A stretch of 64,000 bases of DNA from Candidatus Anstonellales archaeon (lineage in GTDB: Archaea; Micrarchaeota; Micrarchaeia; Anstonellales; J096): NCBI GenBank assembly GCA_038896535.1, contig JAWACY010000001.1, positions 320,001 to 384,000 of the forward strand, in the 5' to 3' direction. Positions 47,545-61,535 of the stretch are shown one piece after another. The translations under genes were made by a program, and so were the position numbers. The notes under the pieces were generated by a model. The model made no database searches, had not been told where the DNA came from, and saw nothing but the letters and a program-made list of their open reading frames with translations. The first letter of the stretch is position 1, and each line of letters begins with the position of its first letter.

Positions 47545-49186
47545 CTTCCCATTTGCAAGATATGTTTTCCAACCCTAATGTTTGTGCCAAATCCTTGCTT
47601 ATAGCAAATCTTCCTATACTTAAATCAGATCTTTTACACATGCTAGCAGTTTTACATCCTGGAAAACCTTTAATGACTAAAATATCATTAGGAGTAAAGC
47701 TCTTGTTATACTCATAATCTGCCCTGCTAATTGGTATTAAATCATTCCCTGCTCTTTTTGTAAATTCCTTTGTTATTATGAATGAAAATATTCCTTTCTC
47801 ACTGTCTTTTTGCTCATATCCATTTACAAGCATTCTTTGGAAGAAATTTGGTGGAGCAAGATCATGCTGGCCAGCCCATTTTACATAATAGCCATTTATT
47901 ACTATATCTCTTGCTAATTCTATATCATATACACTTATATTTTTAAGGTCATATTTTCTATTTCCAAGTTCATCGTCATTGGCATCGCTGGCATTTACAT
48001 TTGTTAATATCAAGTAATAGTTCCCATCTTTCATATTTGTTATCATTTCATTGTATAAGCTTTCATTTAACAACAAAAACATCTCATCAACTTTTTTGTT
48101 TTTTAATACAATTTCACATCTCCTACTGCTGCTTACATAAAAGTCAATTGCATTGAACATTTCTTTTTCATACTCTTTACCATCACAAGGATCACGAGGA
48201 TTATTGCTGCTTATTGTTATATTTTTCCCTGTCCCATTTACTATGAATCCTTCTGTGCCGAAATTAGATATTTCATTAAAAGAGCCATAACTAATGATTG
48301 GTTGTAATGAATCATAATTTGGCTCTTTTCTTAATGAGCCATAAACCCAGCTTTGGCCAATGCCCTCTATTTCTGTTTTGCTTATTTTTATATTTTTCTT
48401 TTGATAAATTAAATTTATTGACGGGAATGTTTCTATATTATCCTTAAATACAACGCCCCTTGATATGTTATTGTAGCCATTGCTCTTTAATATGCCATTA
48501 ACAAGTGCATCAGGCATGCCATCTATTGTTATATTTGTATATATATTAAATGACCCCTTTAAATAAGATTGCTTTGCTTTATCTCTTATTGTAATATTGT
48601 ATGTAGTATTAATTTCAACTGTCCCGTAATTCTTTAATAAAATTGTTGTTTTGCCTTTTGCATCTCCCTGCTTTGATGCTGATATGCTATAATTTAAATC
48701 AGAAACATTGAATTCTGCTATTTCAAGACCGACATTTTTCATGCTGTCATTTAAATCTTTTATCAAGCCAGTCAAATTAAATGTTGAATTCAGCCCTATA
48801 GAGTCATTAAAGTATGAGCTATTTGCACTGCCATAAATCATAAGCTCATACAATGCCTTTACTACATTAGTTGTGTTTTCTCCATTTTCATTATCTGGAT
48901 TTATTTTATGCTCTGCTGTATGATTAGCTAGCTTATATAAATTATCATATAACAAATCTTGTGTTAATTTCTCAAGCGCATCTTTATTTAATGGGAGAAA
49001 CTTTGCCTTATAGCTCTCTAACTTTATAGATTCAGAATAGCTGAGCCTTGTTTGTTCTATTTCAGCCATTTTTATTGCTAGTAATGAAGATATGATGATT
49101 AATGCAATAATTGCAGCAAGAGAAAGGAAAAATCCCCTGTAATTTTTATAATTTTTATTAAACATACGAACCACATATTCACGCAT
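47525..49186 (-). CDS. Large pilin-like protein / candidate pilus adhesin
   Basis: RG|FFLS followed by a hydrophobic helix; 553 aa, many N-glycosylation sequons, Cys pairs. Confidence 0.7.
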   Translation of the reverse strand: MREYVVRMFNKNYKNYRGFFLSLAAIIALIIISSLLAIKMAEIEQTRLSYSESIKLESYKAKFLPLNKDALEKLTQDLLYDNLYKLANHTAEHKINPDNENGENTTNVVKALYELMIYGSANSSYFNDSIGLNSTFNLTGLIKDLNDSMKNVGLEIAEFNVSDLNYSISASKQGDAKGKTTILLKNYGTVEINTTYNITIRDKAKQSYLKGSFNIYTNITIDGMPDALVNGILKSNGYNNISRGVVFKDNIETFPSINLIYQKKNIKISKTEIEGIGQSWVYGSLRKEPNYDSLQPIISYGSFNEISNFGTEGFIVNGTGKNITISSNNPRDPCDGKEYEKEMFNAIDFYVSSSRRCEIVLKNKKVDEMFLLLNESLYNEMITNMKDGNYYLILTNVNASDANDDELGNRKYDLKNISVYDIELARDIVINGYYVKWAGQHDLAPPNFFQRMLVNGYEQKDSEKGIFSFIITKEFTKRAGNDLIPISRADYEYNKSFTPNDILVIKGFPGCKTASMCKRSDLSIGRFAISKDLAQTLGLENISCKWEDAKNGC

Positions 49187-49238
49187 TATATTTATAAATT
49201 TCTATAAATTTCTACGCCCTATCTTCTACACCAGTTTT

Positions 49239-49730
49239 CTACACCCCTATTTCTATTGTTGTATAATTTAATACGACCCTGCCTATATTTGCAGTTGTGT
49301 TCTTCTGGCTGCAAAATGGGTCTGGTTTGTATAAATAATCTTCTTTCACATAATTTATAATCAAATAGTTATCTTTTACAAGCCCGATATCTGCATTTTT
49401 CTTTTTTTCTGCTTCTTCAACTCCGCCTTCAGCAGTCAAGCAGGTCATTTTGAAATTGTATTTTTTTGGTATAGCATTATTTATAGTATCACAGTTTATT
49501 GATGATAATTTATTTGTTATTGTATATGCATTTATATTATAAGCATCAAGCGATAAGATCTTTAATTGATATATTACTGGCTCATTCAATGCCGTGAAGC
49601 CAGAAAATGAAATAAGCGTTGATATAATGAATGTTATTATGATAAGTGCTATGAATGCATCTAATGAATAGATAAATGCCTTAAAATGCCAGTTTTTAAT
49701 TTTCTTATTGCTATTATTTTTGTTTTCCAT
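49239..49730 (-). CDS. Type IV pilin-like protein (class III signal peptide)
   Basis: KA|FIYSLD followed by a hydrophobic helix. Confidence 0.78.
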   Translation of the reverse strand: MENKNNSNKKIKNWHFKAFIYSLDAFIALIIITFIISTLISFSGFTALNEPVIYQLKILSLDAYNINAYTITNKLSSINCDTINNAIPKKYNFKMTCLTAEGGVEEAEKKKNADIGLVKDNYLIINYVKEDYLYKPDPFCSQKNTTANIGRVVLNYTTIEIGV

Positions 49731-49917
49731 AACATAAAAAATACAGCATAAAACATTTAAAAAGCATGTGCAAACTTTATGAAAGCTTTATGAAAGCTTG
49801 AAATGTTATCAAAATTTACTAAAACTGATAATAAGAAAAAATTAGATAGATTTTTAAATATTTCCCTATAATAAAAAATAACGCTTTGCTGCATGCTGCC
49901 TTGTGCGGGTGGTGTTA

Positions 49918-50169
49918 TTGGTAAAACAAAAAAGAGCAAGAGAAGGAACAGAAATATTAAACTATTTTTTGAATCCTAAAGTTGAAGTGTTAGATGAAAA
50001 AGAAAAAGAGGCAGTGTTAAAGAAATTTAATATAACAGAAGATAAGCTGCCAAAAATAAGAAAAACAGACCCATTGGCAAGGGCCCTTGATTTAAAAGAA
50101 GGTCAAGTGATAAAGATAATAAGAGATGATGGAACAGGAGAATATGTATATTATAGAATATGTGTTTAA
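49918..50169 (+). CDS. rpoH: RNA polymerase subunit Rpo5 (H)
   Basis: LPKIRKTDP..G.VIKIIR..GEYVYYR; likely TTG start after GGTGGTG; upstream of rpoB. Confidence 0.93.
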   Translation: MVKQKRAREGTEILNYFLNPKVEVLDEKEKEAVLKKFNITEDKLPKIRKTDPLARALDLKEGQVIKIIRDDGTGEYVYYRICV

Positions 50170-50632
50170 GCATATTTATAGGCATATGCATTTAAGCACA
50201 TTCATTGCATGTTTGCATGCATTTCATGTTTGGATGCATTTTAAGCATGCAGCATAAAGCTTTGTAAATAAGTGCCGATATGGTGTATAAAGTATGGCCT
50301 GGCCGTATGGCCGTATGGAGCATTTATGAAAAAGAGGTTGGATGCATGAATGAATATGATATTATTGATGGAATTGATGGAATATTAGAACATGGAATTG
50401 ATGGAATATTAGAACGGGATTGGGAAAATGGAATTGCTTTTGCCTTAAATGGCAGTGTATGGCATGGTGTATGGCATATTGATAAATGGCTATATGCTCT
50501 TATGCATTATAATCATATTATGCATTATAATATTTCTGCCCGCAATATTTTTTATGCCCATAATAAATATGATGGGTATGGTTGGTATGATGGGCTTATA
50601 TTGGGATTATTTATGGGGGCGATTATTTCTTA
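50170..50632. repeat. Low-complexity insert rich in short tandem duplications
   Basis: Perfect 24-bp tandem at 50368-50391/50392-50415; TGGCCGTA x2; GTGTATGGCAT x2; TTATGCATTATAAT x2; dense GCAT/ATGC words. Confidence 0.7.
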
Positions 50633-50644
50633 ATGGGTGAAAAT

Positions 50645-53600
50645 ATGAAAGATGAATTAATTGAAGCATATTTTAAAGAAAACTCTCTTGTAAAGCAGCA
50701 GATTGATTCATTTAATAGGTTTTTAACACAGGGATTGCAATCTATAATTGATGATGTTGGAATAATAAAAACAAACGTTGAAGGATTTGAAATTAAGCTT
50801 GGTAAAATAAGGGTTGAACCGCCAAGGTTTTATGAGATAAAAGGCGGGTATAGGCAAATACTTCCAGCAGAGGCAAGATTAAGGAATTTAACATATGCAA
50901 GTCCATTATTTTTAGAGATGATACCAGTGCATAATGGTGTAGAGCGTTCATCTCCTATAGAAGTTTTTATAGGAGAACTGCCAATAATGCTAAAATCTAA
51001 AGTTTGCTATCTATCACAGATGACAAAAAATGAACTCATAGAAGCAGGGGAAGACCCTCTTGATCCTGGAGGGTATTTTATCATAAATGGAACAGAGAGA
51101 GTACTTGTCAGCTTAGAAGATTTAGTATTGAATAAAATACTGGTAACAAAAGAAAAAGAGGGCGAAGTTGTTGCAAAAATATTTTCAACAAGAAAAGGTT
51201 TTAGAGCAAAATGCAGTATAAAAAGAACAAAGTCAGGGCATTGGGTGCTTGATTTCCCATCAGCTCCTACAAAAGGAGTTAGTTTGATGCCAATACTTTA
51301 TGTCTTAGGGTTTGAAAAAAATGTAGAAAGCCTTTTTGACATGTCAATGATTGAAGTTGCAAACGATGTTGCATTTAATAAACATTATGATGCGATAGAT
51401 GAGCCATATAAAGAATGGCTTTCAAAAAAATTGTCTCCAGGCCAGCCAAAGGAATACAGAGACCAAAGGATGTGGCACTTGCTTGATGAGTATTTACTCC
51501 CGCATTTAGGCAATACAATAAATGACAGAAAGAAAAAGGCATTTTACCTTGCAAAAATGGCTCAAAGGACAACTCTTGTTGCTCACAAAAAGCTTATTGC
51601 AGATGACAGAGACCATTATGGGAATAAGAGAGTCAAGCTTTCTGGAGAGCTTATGGAAGAACTTTTCAGGCATGCATTTAATTTCTTGACAAGAGATATT
51701 GTATATCAAGCAAGCAGGGTTGATGTAAGAGGAAGAAAACTGCAAGTCCATACATTGGTAAGGCAGGATGCATTAACTGACAGAATTTTATATGCAATGG
51801 CAACAGGCAATTGGATTGCTGGCCAAACAGGAGTTAGTCAATTACTTGACAGGGTAAGCTGGTCAGCAACAATAAGCCATAGGAAAAGGCTTATATCGCC
51901 ATTGAGCAAAAGACATCCTCATTTCCTGGCAAGAGATTTACATGGAACTCATTATGGCAGGATATGCCCTGCAGAAAGCCCTGAAGGCATAAGCATATCA
52001 CTTGTAAAAAACTTTGGCCTTATTGCAGAGGTAACAACTGGAGTGGAAGAGAAGCCAATTATTGATATATTAAAGAATTTTGGCATTTTAAATGAAGTTC
52101 AAAATCCTAGTAAATATGCTCATATTTATGTTAATGGCGATTTCATAGGATTTTATCAAGATGGTAATGCATTAGCCCAGAGATTGAGAGAAAAGAGAAG
52201 AAATAATGAGATAGATAGTCAAGTGAATATTTATTATAGAGAAAAGACAAACGAACTTTTTATAAATACTGATAGAGGAAGAGTGAGAAGGCCTTATATA
52301 GTAGTAAAAGAAGGGAAGCCATTAATAACGCAGGATATTCTAAAAAGATTAGTTCAAGGCCAGCTTAGTTGGAGCCATTTAGTTAGAATAGGCGCTATTG
52401 AATATTTAGATGCTGATGAGGAAGAGAATGCATTTATAGCATTTGATGAGAGTAAGATAACAAAAGAGACAACACATCTTGAAATTGATCCAGTAACAAT
52501 AATGGGTTTTGTTGGTTCATTAGTGCCATTTTCAAATTACAACTCAAGCCCAAGGCTTACTATGGCTTGTGCCATGCAAAAACAAAGCCTTGGGTTGTAT
52601 GCTTCAAACTTTAATCAGAGATTTGATACAAAAGCATATGTCATGTATTACCCCCAACAACCAATTGCTCAAACTGCAATATATAAAACATTGAATTTGA
52701 AGAGAAGAGCAGCAGGCCAGAATTTTGTTGTTGCATTAACTAGTTATAGGGGCTGGAATATAAGCGATGCTCTCGTAATAAATAAAGGGGCAATAGACAG
52801 AGGCTTGGGAAGGGCTATGATGCTCAGGACTTATGAAACAGAAGAAACTACATACCCCTCAGGACAAAAAGATTATATTGAAGTGCCATCTCCAAAGGTT
52901 GAGGGCTACAGGGGGGAAGAAGCTTATAGACATTTGGATGTTGATGGAATTGTTTTCCCTGAAAGCATTGTTGATGAAAAAGATGTTATTGTTGGAAAGG
53001 TATCACCCCCAAGGTTTTTGGAAGAGGTCTCAATATTCGGTCTTGTTGAGGAAAAAAGAAGAGAAAATTCCCTTGTTGTTAAAGCAGGAGAAGGCGGGAA
53101 GGTCGATAGCGTATTGATCGCAGAAGGGCCTTCAGGAAATAAAATAGCAAAAGTAAGGCTTAGAATTGAAAAAGTGCCTGAGATAGGAGATAAGTTTGCT
53201 TCAAGGCATGGACAGAAAGGCGTTATTGGCCTTGTTGTAAATCATGAAGATATGCCATTTACTGAATCTGGCGTAGTGCCTGATTTAATAGTTAATACTC
53301 ATGCGATCCCTGGCAGAATGACAGCAGGGCATTTGCTAGAAATGCTTGGATGCAAAGCAGCATGTTTGAAAGGCGAGCTTCTTGATGCAACGCCATTTAG
53401 AAATACAAATGTGCAGGAAATAGAAAATATTTTAAAAGAGCATGGATTTGAAGAAAGGGGAGAAGAGTGGCTCTATGATGGAATAACAGGAGAAAAAATG
53501 AAAGTAAAAATCTTTGTTGGCGTTATATATTATCAAAGGCTTCATCATCTTGTTAGCAATAAGATGCATGCAAGAAGCAGAGGGCCAGTCCAATTACTAA

Positions 53601-53938
53601 CATTGCAACCAACAGAAGGAAGGACTAGAGAAGGCGGCCTTAGATTTGGCGAGATGGAAAGAGACACATTAATAGGGCATGGAGCAGCAATGTTATTGAG
53701 AGAGAGGTTACTTGAAGAGAGTGATAAATCGATACAGCTCGTATGCAAAGAATGCGGAGCCCTAGCATATGTTGACCATGTTAAAAAGCAAAACACATGC
53801 CAGCTTTGTAATAGTTCTAATGTTAAAGAAGTTGAAATAAGCTATGCATTCAAACTTTTGCTTGAAGAAATAGAGGCATTGAACATATTCCCTAGGCTTA
53901 TTATAGATAAAAAAGTTGAAATATTAGGAGGCGATTAA
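50645..53938 (+). CDS. rpoB: RNA polymerase subunit Rpo2 (B, unsplit)
   Basis: GGYFIINGTERV, GDKFASRHGQKG and EGGLRFGEMERD motifs; C-terminal Zn ribbon. ATG 50645 follows GGTGA. Confidence 0.98.
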   Translation: MKDELIEAYFKENSLVKQQIDSFNRFLTQGLQSIIDDVGIIKTNVEGFEIKLGKIRVEPPRFYEIKGGYRQILPAEARLRNLTYASPLFLEMIPVHNGVERSSPIEVFIGELPIMLKSKVCYLSQMTKNELIEAGEDPLDPGGYFIINGTERVLVSLEDLVLNKILVTKEKEGEVVAKIFSTRKGFRAKCSIKRTKSGHWVLDFPSAPTKGVSLMPILYVLGFEKNVESLFDMSMIEVANDVAFNKHYDAIDEPYKEWLSKKLSPGQPKEYRDQRMWHLLDEYLLPHLGNTINDRKKKAFYLAKMAQRTTLVAHKKLIADDRDHYGNKRVKLSGELMEELFRHAFNFLTRDIVYQASRVDVRGRKLQVHTLVRQDALTDRILYAMATGNWIAGQTGVSQLLDRVSWSATISHRKRLISPLSKRHPHFLARDLHGTHYGRICPAESPEGISISLVKNFGLIAEVTTGVEEKPIIDILKNFGILNEVQNPSKYAHIYVNGDFIGFYQDGNALAQRLREKRRNNEIDSQVNIYYREKTNELFINTDRGRVRRPYIVVKEGKPLITQDILKRLVQGQLSWSHLVRIGAIEYLDADEEENAFIAFDESKITKETTHLEIDPVTIMGFVGSLVPFSNYNSSPRLTMACAMQKQSLGLYASNFNQRFDTKAYVMYYPQQPIAQTAIYKTLNLKRRAAGQNFVVALTSYRGWNISDALVINKGAIDRGLGRAMMLRTYETEETTYPSGQKDYIEVPSPKVEGYRGEEAYRHLDVDGIVFPESIVDEKDVIVGKVSPPRFLEEVSIFGLVEEKRRENSLVVKAGEGGKVDSVLIAEGPSGNKIAKVRLRIEKVPEIGDKFASRHGQKGVIGLVVNHEDMPFTESGVVPDLIVNTHAIPGRMTAGHLLEMLGCKAACLKGELLDATPFRNTNVQEIENILKEHGFEERGEEWLYDGITGEKMKVKIFVGVIYYQRLHHLVSNKMHARSRGPVQLLTLQPTEGRTREGGLRFGEMERDTLIGHGAAMLLRERLLEESDKSIQLVCKECGALAYVDHVKKQNTCQLCNSSNVKEVEISYAFKLLLEEIEALNIFPRLIIDKKVEILGGD

Positions 53939-57435
<3,497 letters not shown>

Positions 57436-57437
57436 AC

Positions 57438-57785
57438 ATGGCAGAAAAAGAAAGTAAAGAAGTAAAAAGAGCAGTCAGAAAAAGAGAAAAAAAGGAAAAA
57501 ATAGGTGATATAGAGAAAAAAATATCTGTTTTGGTCGAAACAGGAAAAATATTGGTTGGAACAAGAAAGTCAATAAAAGCATTGTTAACAGGCAATCCAA
57601 AACTTGTTATATACGCCTCTAATATAGATGAGCAAAAAAAGGATGAAATAAAAAAACTTGGAGAGAAAGCGAGCGTAAAAACAATTGAGTTCAATGGCAG
57701 TTCAATACAGCTTGGAAAATTATGCGGGAAAATATTTCCAGTAAGCGTTTTGGTTGCACTTGATTTGGGAGAAGCTGAATTTTAG
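57438..57785 (+). CDS. rpl30e: 50S ribosomal protein eL30
   Basis: TGKILVG..KLVIYASN..FNGSSIQLGKLCGK; conserved operon position. Confidence 0.92.
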   Translation: MAEKESKEVKRAVRKREKKEKIGDIEKKISVLVETGKILVGTRKSIKALLTGNPKLVIYASNIDEQKKDEIKKLGEKASVKTIEFNGSSIQLGKLCGKIFPVSVLVALDLGEAEF

Positions 57786-57796
57786 CAAGTGAAAAA

Positions 57797-58225
57797 ATGC
57801 AGGAAATATCAGAAACTGAGCTAAAACTCTCTAATTTTTTTACTGAATTTACTGGCGTTATTCCATCCTTAGTTGTTGCTTTAAATGATGCAGTTGCTTT
57901 TGTTGTTGATAAAAGGGTAATGTCAAAAGTACTTGGCAGAAATGGGAAAAATGCAGAAATAATGGCAAGAAAAATAAATAAAAAAGTATATATTTTTGCT
58001 GATGCAAAAGAGCTTGAGCCATTTGTCAGGAATTTATTATCAGATGTTAAGATCATTGCATTGGATATAAATAGAGTTATGGACAAAGATTTTGTAACTG
58101 CATTCATAATGGAAAAAGATAAATCAAGAGTTATAGGCAAAAACAAAGCAAGAATACGCCTTACAGAAGAGCTTTTAAAAAGAAAATTCAACGCAATGTT
58201 TTATTTGAGAACTAAAGTTATTTGA
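57797..58225 (+). CDS. nusA: Archaeal NusA (KH domains)
   Basis: Two KH GxxG-like loops (LGRNGKN, IGKNKAR); follows rpl30e. Confidence 0.88.
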   Translation: MQEISETELKLSNFFTEFTGVIPSLVVALNDAVAFVVDKRVMSKVLGRNGKNAEIMARKINKKVYIFADAKELEPFVRNLLSDVKIIALDINRVMDKDFVTAFIMEKDKSRVIGKNKARIRLTEELLKRKFNAMFYLRTKVI

Positions 58226-58426
58226 TATGAGTTGGTAATGTAAAGGTAGTGCAAAAAAGTCTGGCAAATTTTTTATTTCATTTTATTGAATCAAAATGCT
58301 TCTTCGCTCCATTAAAATTCCTCAGCAAGAAATACAGCATTAATATTCTTACAAAAAATAAAAGTTGAGAAATTAAATTCTAGGCAAAAAATAAAAAATA
58401 AAAAATTCTAGGAGTTAGAAAGATAT

Positions 58427-58969
58427 TTATTGCACTCCAGTTGTCAATACTTTGAATGATACCCTTGCTATTCTGCTTTCTACAAAGTCAGTGGTAAAGT
58501 TATATTTTATTATTACAACTCCTTGAAAATCTTGATTTTGCCCCATTTGAAGTCTTGTTTTTGTTCCTTGTTCATAGCATGGCACATTCTTTAATTCTAT
58601 TGTCTGGCCTGGGCTTAATTGAACTGTGCTTACTCCTGGCTGTAGGCCAGAACTGACTACATCTTTTATAGAGCTAAATGGTTCATTACCAGTAAATTCA
58701 CTTCTAACGCATGTTATGTTTATCAAATTTATTGCTTTATCCTTTTGATTTATAAACCTAAAAGAAACATTAACGCTTCTATCTGTTCCAGAAATCTTTG
58801 TAGTAGCAATTAAATCAGAGCATGTAAACCCTTGGTCTGCAAGGCAGAACTCACCAGAGCTTCTAAACCTAGTCAAATAAAAGACTAATGCACCCAAAAC
58901 TATAAGAATAACAAATATGGCCCACCCATATGTCATTAAAAATTCTATTGCTGCCTGTGCTTTTTTCAT
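58427..58969 (-). CDS. Type IV pilin, candidate major pilin
   Basis: MKKA|QAAIEFLMTYGWAIFVILIVLGAL class III signal; own GGTGGT RBS and TATA. Confidence 0.9.
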   Translation of the reverse strand: MKKAQAAIEFLMTYGWAIFVILIVLGALVFYLTRFRSSGEFCLADQGFTCSDLIATTKISGTDRSVNVSFRFINQKDKAINLINITCVRSEFTGNEPFSSIKDVVSSGLQPGVSTVQLSPGQTIELKNVPCYEQGTKTRLQMGQNQDFQGVVIIKYNFTTDFVESRIARVSFKVLTTGVQ

Positions 58970-59093
58970 ATGACCACCAAATTATTTAATATAGGAATAT
59001 TAATAAATGTTTGCTTTTATATACTTGCTTACACTTAAATAACCTTTAATTCACTCAATGCCCAATCAATGCTAATCAATGCCTTAATCAAAT

Positions 59094-59608
59094 AAATTAT
59101 AAGAGAAGAATACAAATATGAAATACCAAGGGAAATAAAAACCAAAAGAAATACAAGCTAAATTAAGCGGAACAAAAGATGAAGAAGGGAAAAATGCATT
59201 AAAGATAATAGTAATAATAAAAGATAAATCTGGGAGAGAAATTCTAGGCCTTAAAAGAGTTCAATGAAAAACTTCAATGAAATACTATATAAAAAGATAA
59301 AAAAAGAAATTCTTGATGAAAAGGAATTAATAGAAATAATAAAAGCAATTAAAGAATGTGATGCAAAATATATTGAGAAAATTTTCTCTTCTTTGTGATG
59401 TTGTGATTTAATTGTGACGTAATTATAAATTATAAATTATAAATATAAAAACAGCATATAAAAATTTAAATAATTAAACCATTACTCTAAGATACATATA
59501 TAGGCTAACAGGGACAAACTAGTAAGGAAGGCAAAAAGAACAAAAGAGGCAGCGGGAATAATGCAACAACATAAAATGATAAATGAAGAACAATTAACAA
59601 GAGCAGAA
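59094..59608 (+). repeat. Dispersed ~520-bp repeat, copy 2 (circularly permuted relative to copy 1)
   Basis: Starts at AAATTATAA (= 18123) and ends at AAGAGCAGAA (= 18115-18124); shares 27-nt and 26-nt identical blocks with copy 1. Confidence 0.85.
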
Positions 59609-59623
59609 GATACGCTATTGATA

Positions 59624-60667
59624 TTAACCAATGTTGAGCATTAAACTGCTTACAAATGCTGTTGCAATGAAGAAAATGATATATGCTGTTATCAGCATCA
59701 ATGGAAAGAATCTAAATGCCTGTCTTTTTGTGCCAGTATAAGCTACACTTACAATGAAGCTTGCTATGAAAACGTTTATGAATATTGTTATAATAGAAAA
59801 CCACAGGAATTCCCTTGATGAAAATGGGGGTTTTGATAATGATATATTTATACCTCCAACACTTGTTGTTTGCTGGCCTGAAGTAAATGTAAATGTTTTT
59901 TCCAGAGTTTGTATAAGCATATTTGTAACAGCCAATACTGCAGGCACACCAATAGATGACGCAAAAATAAGAAATATGATAGAAACAAGCAGGCTTGTTC
60001 TTATCTCTTTTTTACTAATGATTATATCTCTCGCCTCATCAGCAGTTTTTTCCAAAACAACAGCAAGCTCACCACCAGATTTTAATGCCTCTTTTATCAT
60101 GCTTAAAGTCCTTGATAATATTGGAGAGTTAAACCTTTTGCTTAGATTATCTAACGCTTTGTCCATTGGCGTGCCAGCAAATGCCTCCTTTATGCTTGCT
60201 TTAACCTCAATAGATAATATGCCAAATTCTGGTTTTGCTGCTTGCCATAATGCCTGCTCTAATGTCATCCCGCCCCTTATATTTGATGAAACTAAAGAAA
60301 AAAAGTCTGGTAAAACAGATTCAACAGCATTTCTTCTCATATCTGATTTAAATACATAATAACCATAGATGAGAGTTGCAATAAAGAAATACAAAACAAT
60401 GCCGAATATTGAGTAAATAATGAAGGACAAAACCTGTATTTGTGCTTGTTCTTTTGTAATATCTGATGCTATGCCATAAAATATTTCATTAATTGGCTTG
60501 AATAGAAATAATAATATGAATAGCATGGCATAAATCAATGTTAAAACAATTGCAATGCCAATGAATGTATCTCCATCTATGCTAGAACCAGATTGTTTTA
60601 TAAATGAATCAACATCATTAACAGTTTTTTCAGGCATTAATCTACCTATTGTTTTTAATATCTCCAT
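59624..60667 (-). CDS. Type II secretion F / TadC-like pilus platform protein
   Basis: ESVLPDFF..NIRGGMTLEQAL..EFGILS..SGGELA motifs; multiple TMs. Confidence 0.92.
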   Translation of the reverse strand: MEILKTIGRLMPEKTVNDVDSFIKQSGSSIDGDTFIGIAIVLTLIYAMLFILLFLFKPINEIFYGIASDITKEQAQIQVLSFIIYSIFGIVLYFFIATLIYGYYVFKSDMRRNAVESVLPDFFSLVSSNIRGGMTLEQALWQAAKPEFGILSIEVKASIKEAFAGTPMDKALDNLSKRFNSPILSRTLSMIKEALKSGGELAVVLEKTADEARDIIISKKEIRTSLLVSIIFLIFASSIGVPAVLAVTNMLIQTLEKTFTFTSGQQTTSVGGINISLSKPPFSSREFLWFSIITIFINVFIASFIVSVAYTGTKRQAFRFFPLMLITAYIIFFIATAFVSSLMLNIG

Positions 60668-60671
60668 AATA

Positions 60672-61535
60672 TCAGTCCATTATTGCATATCTTGGTCTTG
60701 TGCTGTCAACTGCAGCCAGGAAAAGAAATTGTATAAGAGCCAATACAACAGCCACTCCAAGCAAATAAACAAAAGGCATTGAAAGGCCTGTTTGCGGGGA
60801 AAATGATAAAAATACCATCAAGAATACAATGCCCAAAGCAGGTAGTATAACGCCAATAATAAGATAAAACATGACAAGCGGGTTAAGCTTTTGTCCATAT
60901 TCCTTTATTTCAAGAAACTGCTCTTTTGATATCTGATTGACAACGGCATTTAAGCTTGCAGCTATATCAGCTCCTGATACAACAGCATTTGCTAATTGTA
61001 TTAAAACCCTTTTTAATGCTGATGATGGCGTTTTTTCTGCAGCATCCCTCAAAACAAATGTTAAAGGCTCTCCTAATGAAACCCTCTCAACAATTCTTTT
61101 GAATTCTTTACTTACCCTACCATAACCTTTTGTCAATCCAACCATTGCATCAAAAAGCGTTGAACCAGAAGAGAGCGATATTATTAAATGCTTCACTGCA
61201 AATACAAGATCGTAATCTATTTCTTTCTTTCTCCTCAATAGCAATACATCAACACTATTTATGCTGACGAAATAAAATATTATGAATAAAAATACAAAAA
61301 GCACAGAAAAAACAATAAGCATTAATGATTCTGATGTTATTACTGAATAGCTCCATAAAAAAAGTCCAGCAACAGCACTTATGAATAAAGACATTATAAA
61401 AGATACGAAAATCACATTATCAAAATACTGCTCTGGTGTAAATACACTTTCTGCAGCAATAAGTTTTTTCCTTAAATCTGGGTAATATGGTAATAAGAGA
61501 TCAGAAATTTTTGATATTATTGGCAATCTTATCAT
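60672..61535 (-). CDS. Type II secretion F / TadB/C-like pilus platform protein
   Basis: SSGSTLFDAM..YGRVSKEF..SGADIA..KEYGQKLNP motifs; TMs. Confidence 0.92.
   Translation of the reverse strand: MIRLPIISKISDLLLPYYPDLRKKLIAAESVFTPEQYFDNVIFVSFIMSLFISAVAGLFLWSYSVITSESLMLIVFSVLFVFLFIIFYFVSINSVDVLLLRRKKEIDYDLVFAVKHLIISLSSGSTLFDAMVGLTKGYGRVSKEFKRIVERVSLGEPLTFVLRDAAEKTPSSALKRVLIQLANAVVSGADIAASLNAVVNQISKEQFLEIKEYGQKLNPLVMFYLIIGVILPALGIVFLMVFLSFSPQTGLSMPFVYLLGVAVVLALIQFLFLAAVDSTRPRYAIMD

Noticed and set aside
50280..50633. 117-aa ORF as an established protein-coding gene
   Set aside because: Its composition is very unlike other proteins here and it is built from DNA duplications; kept only as a finding.
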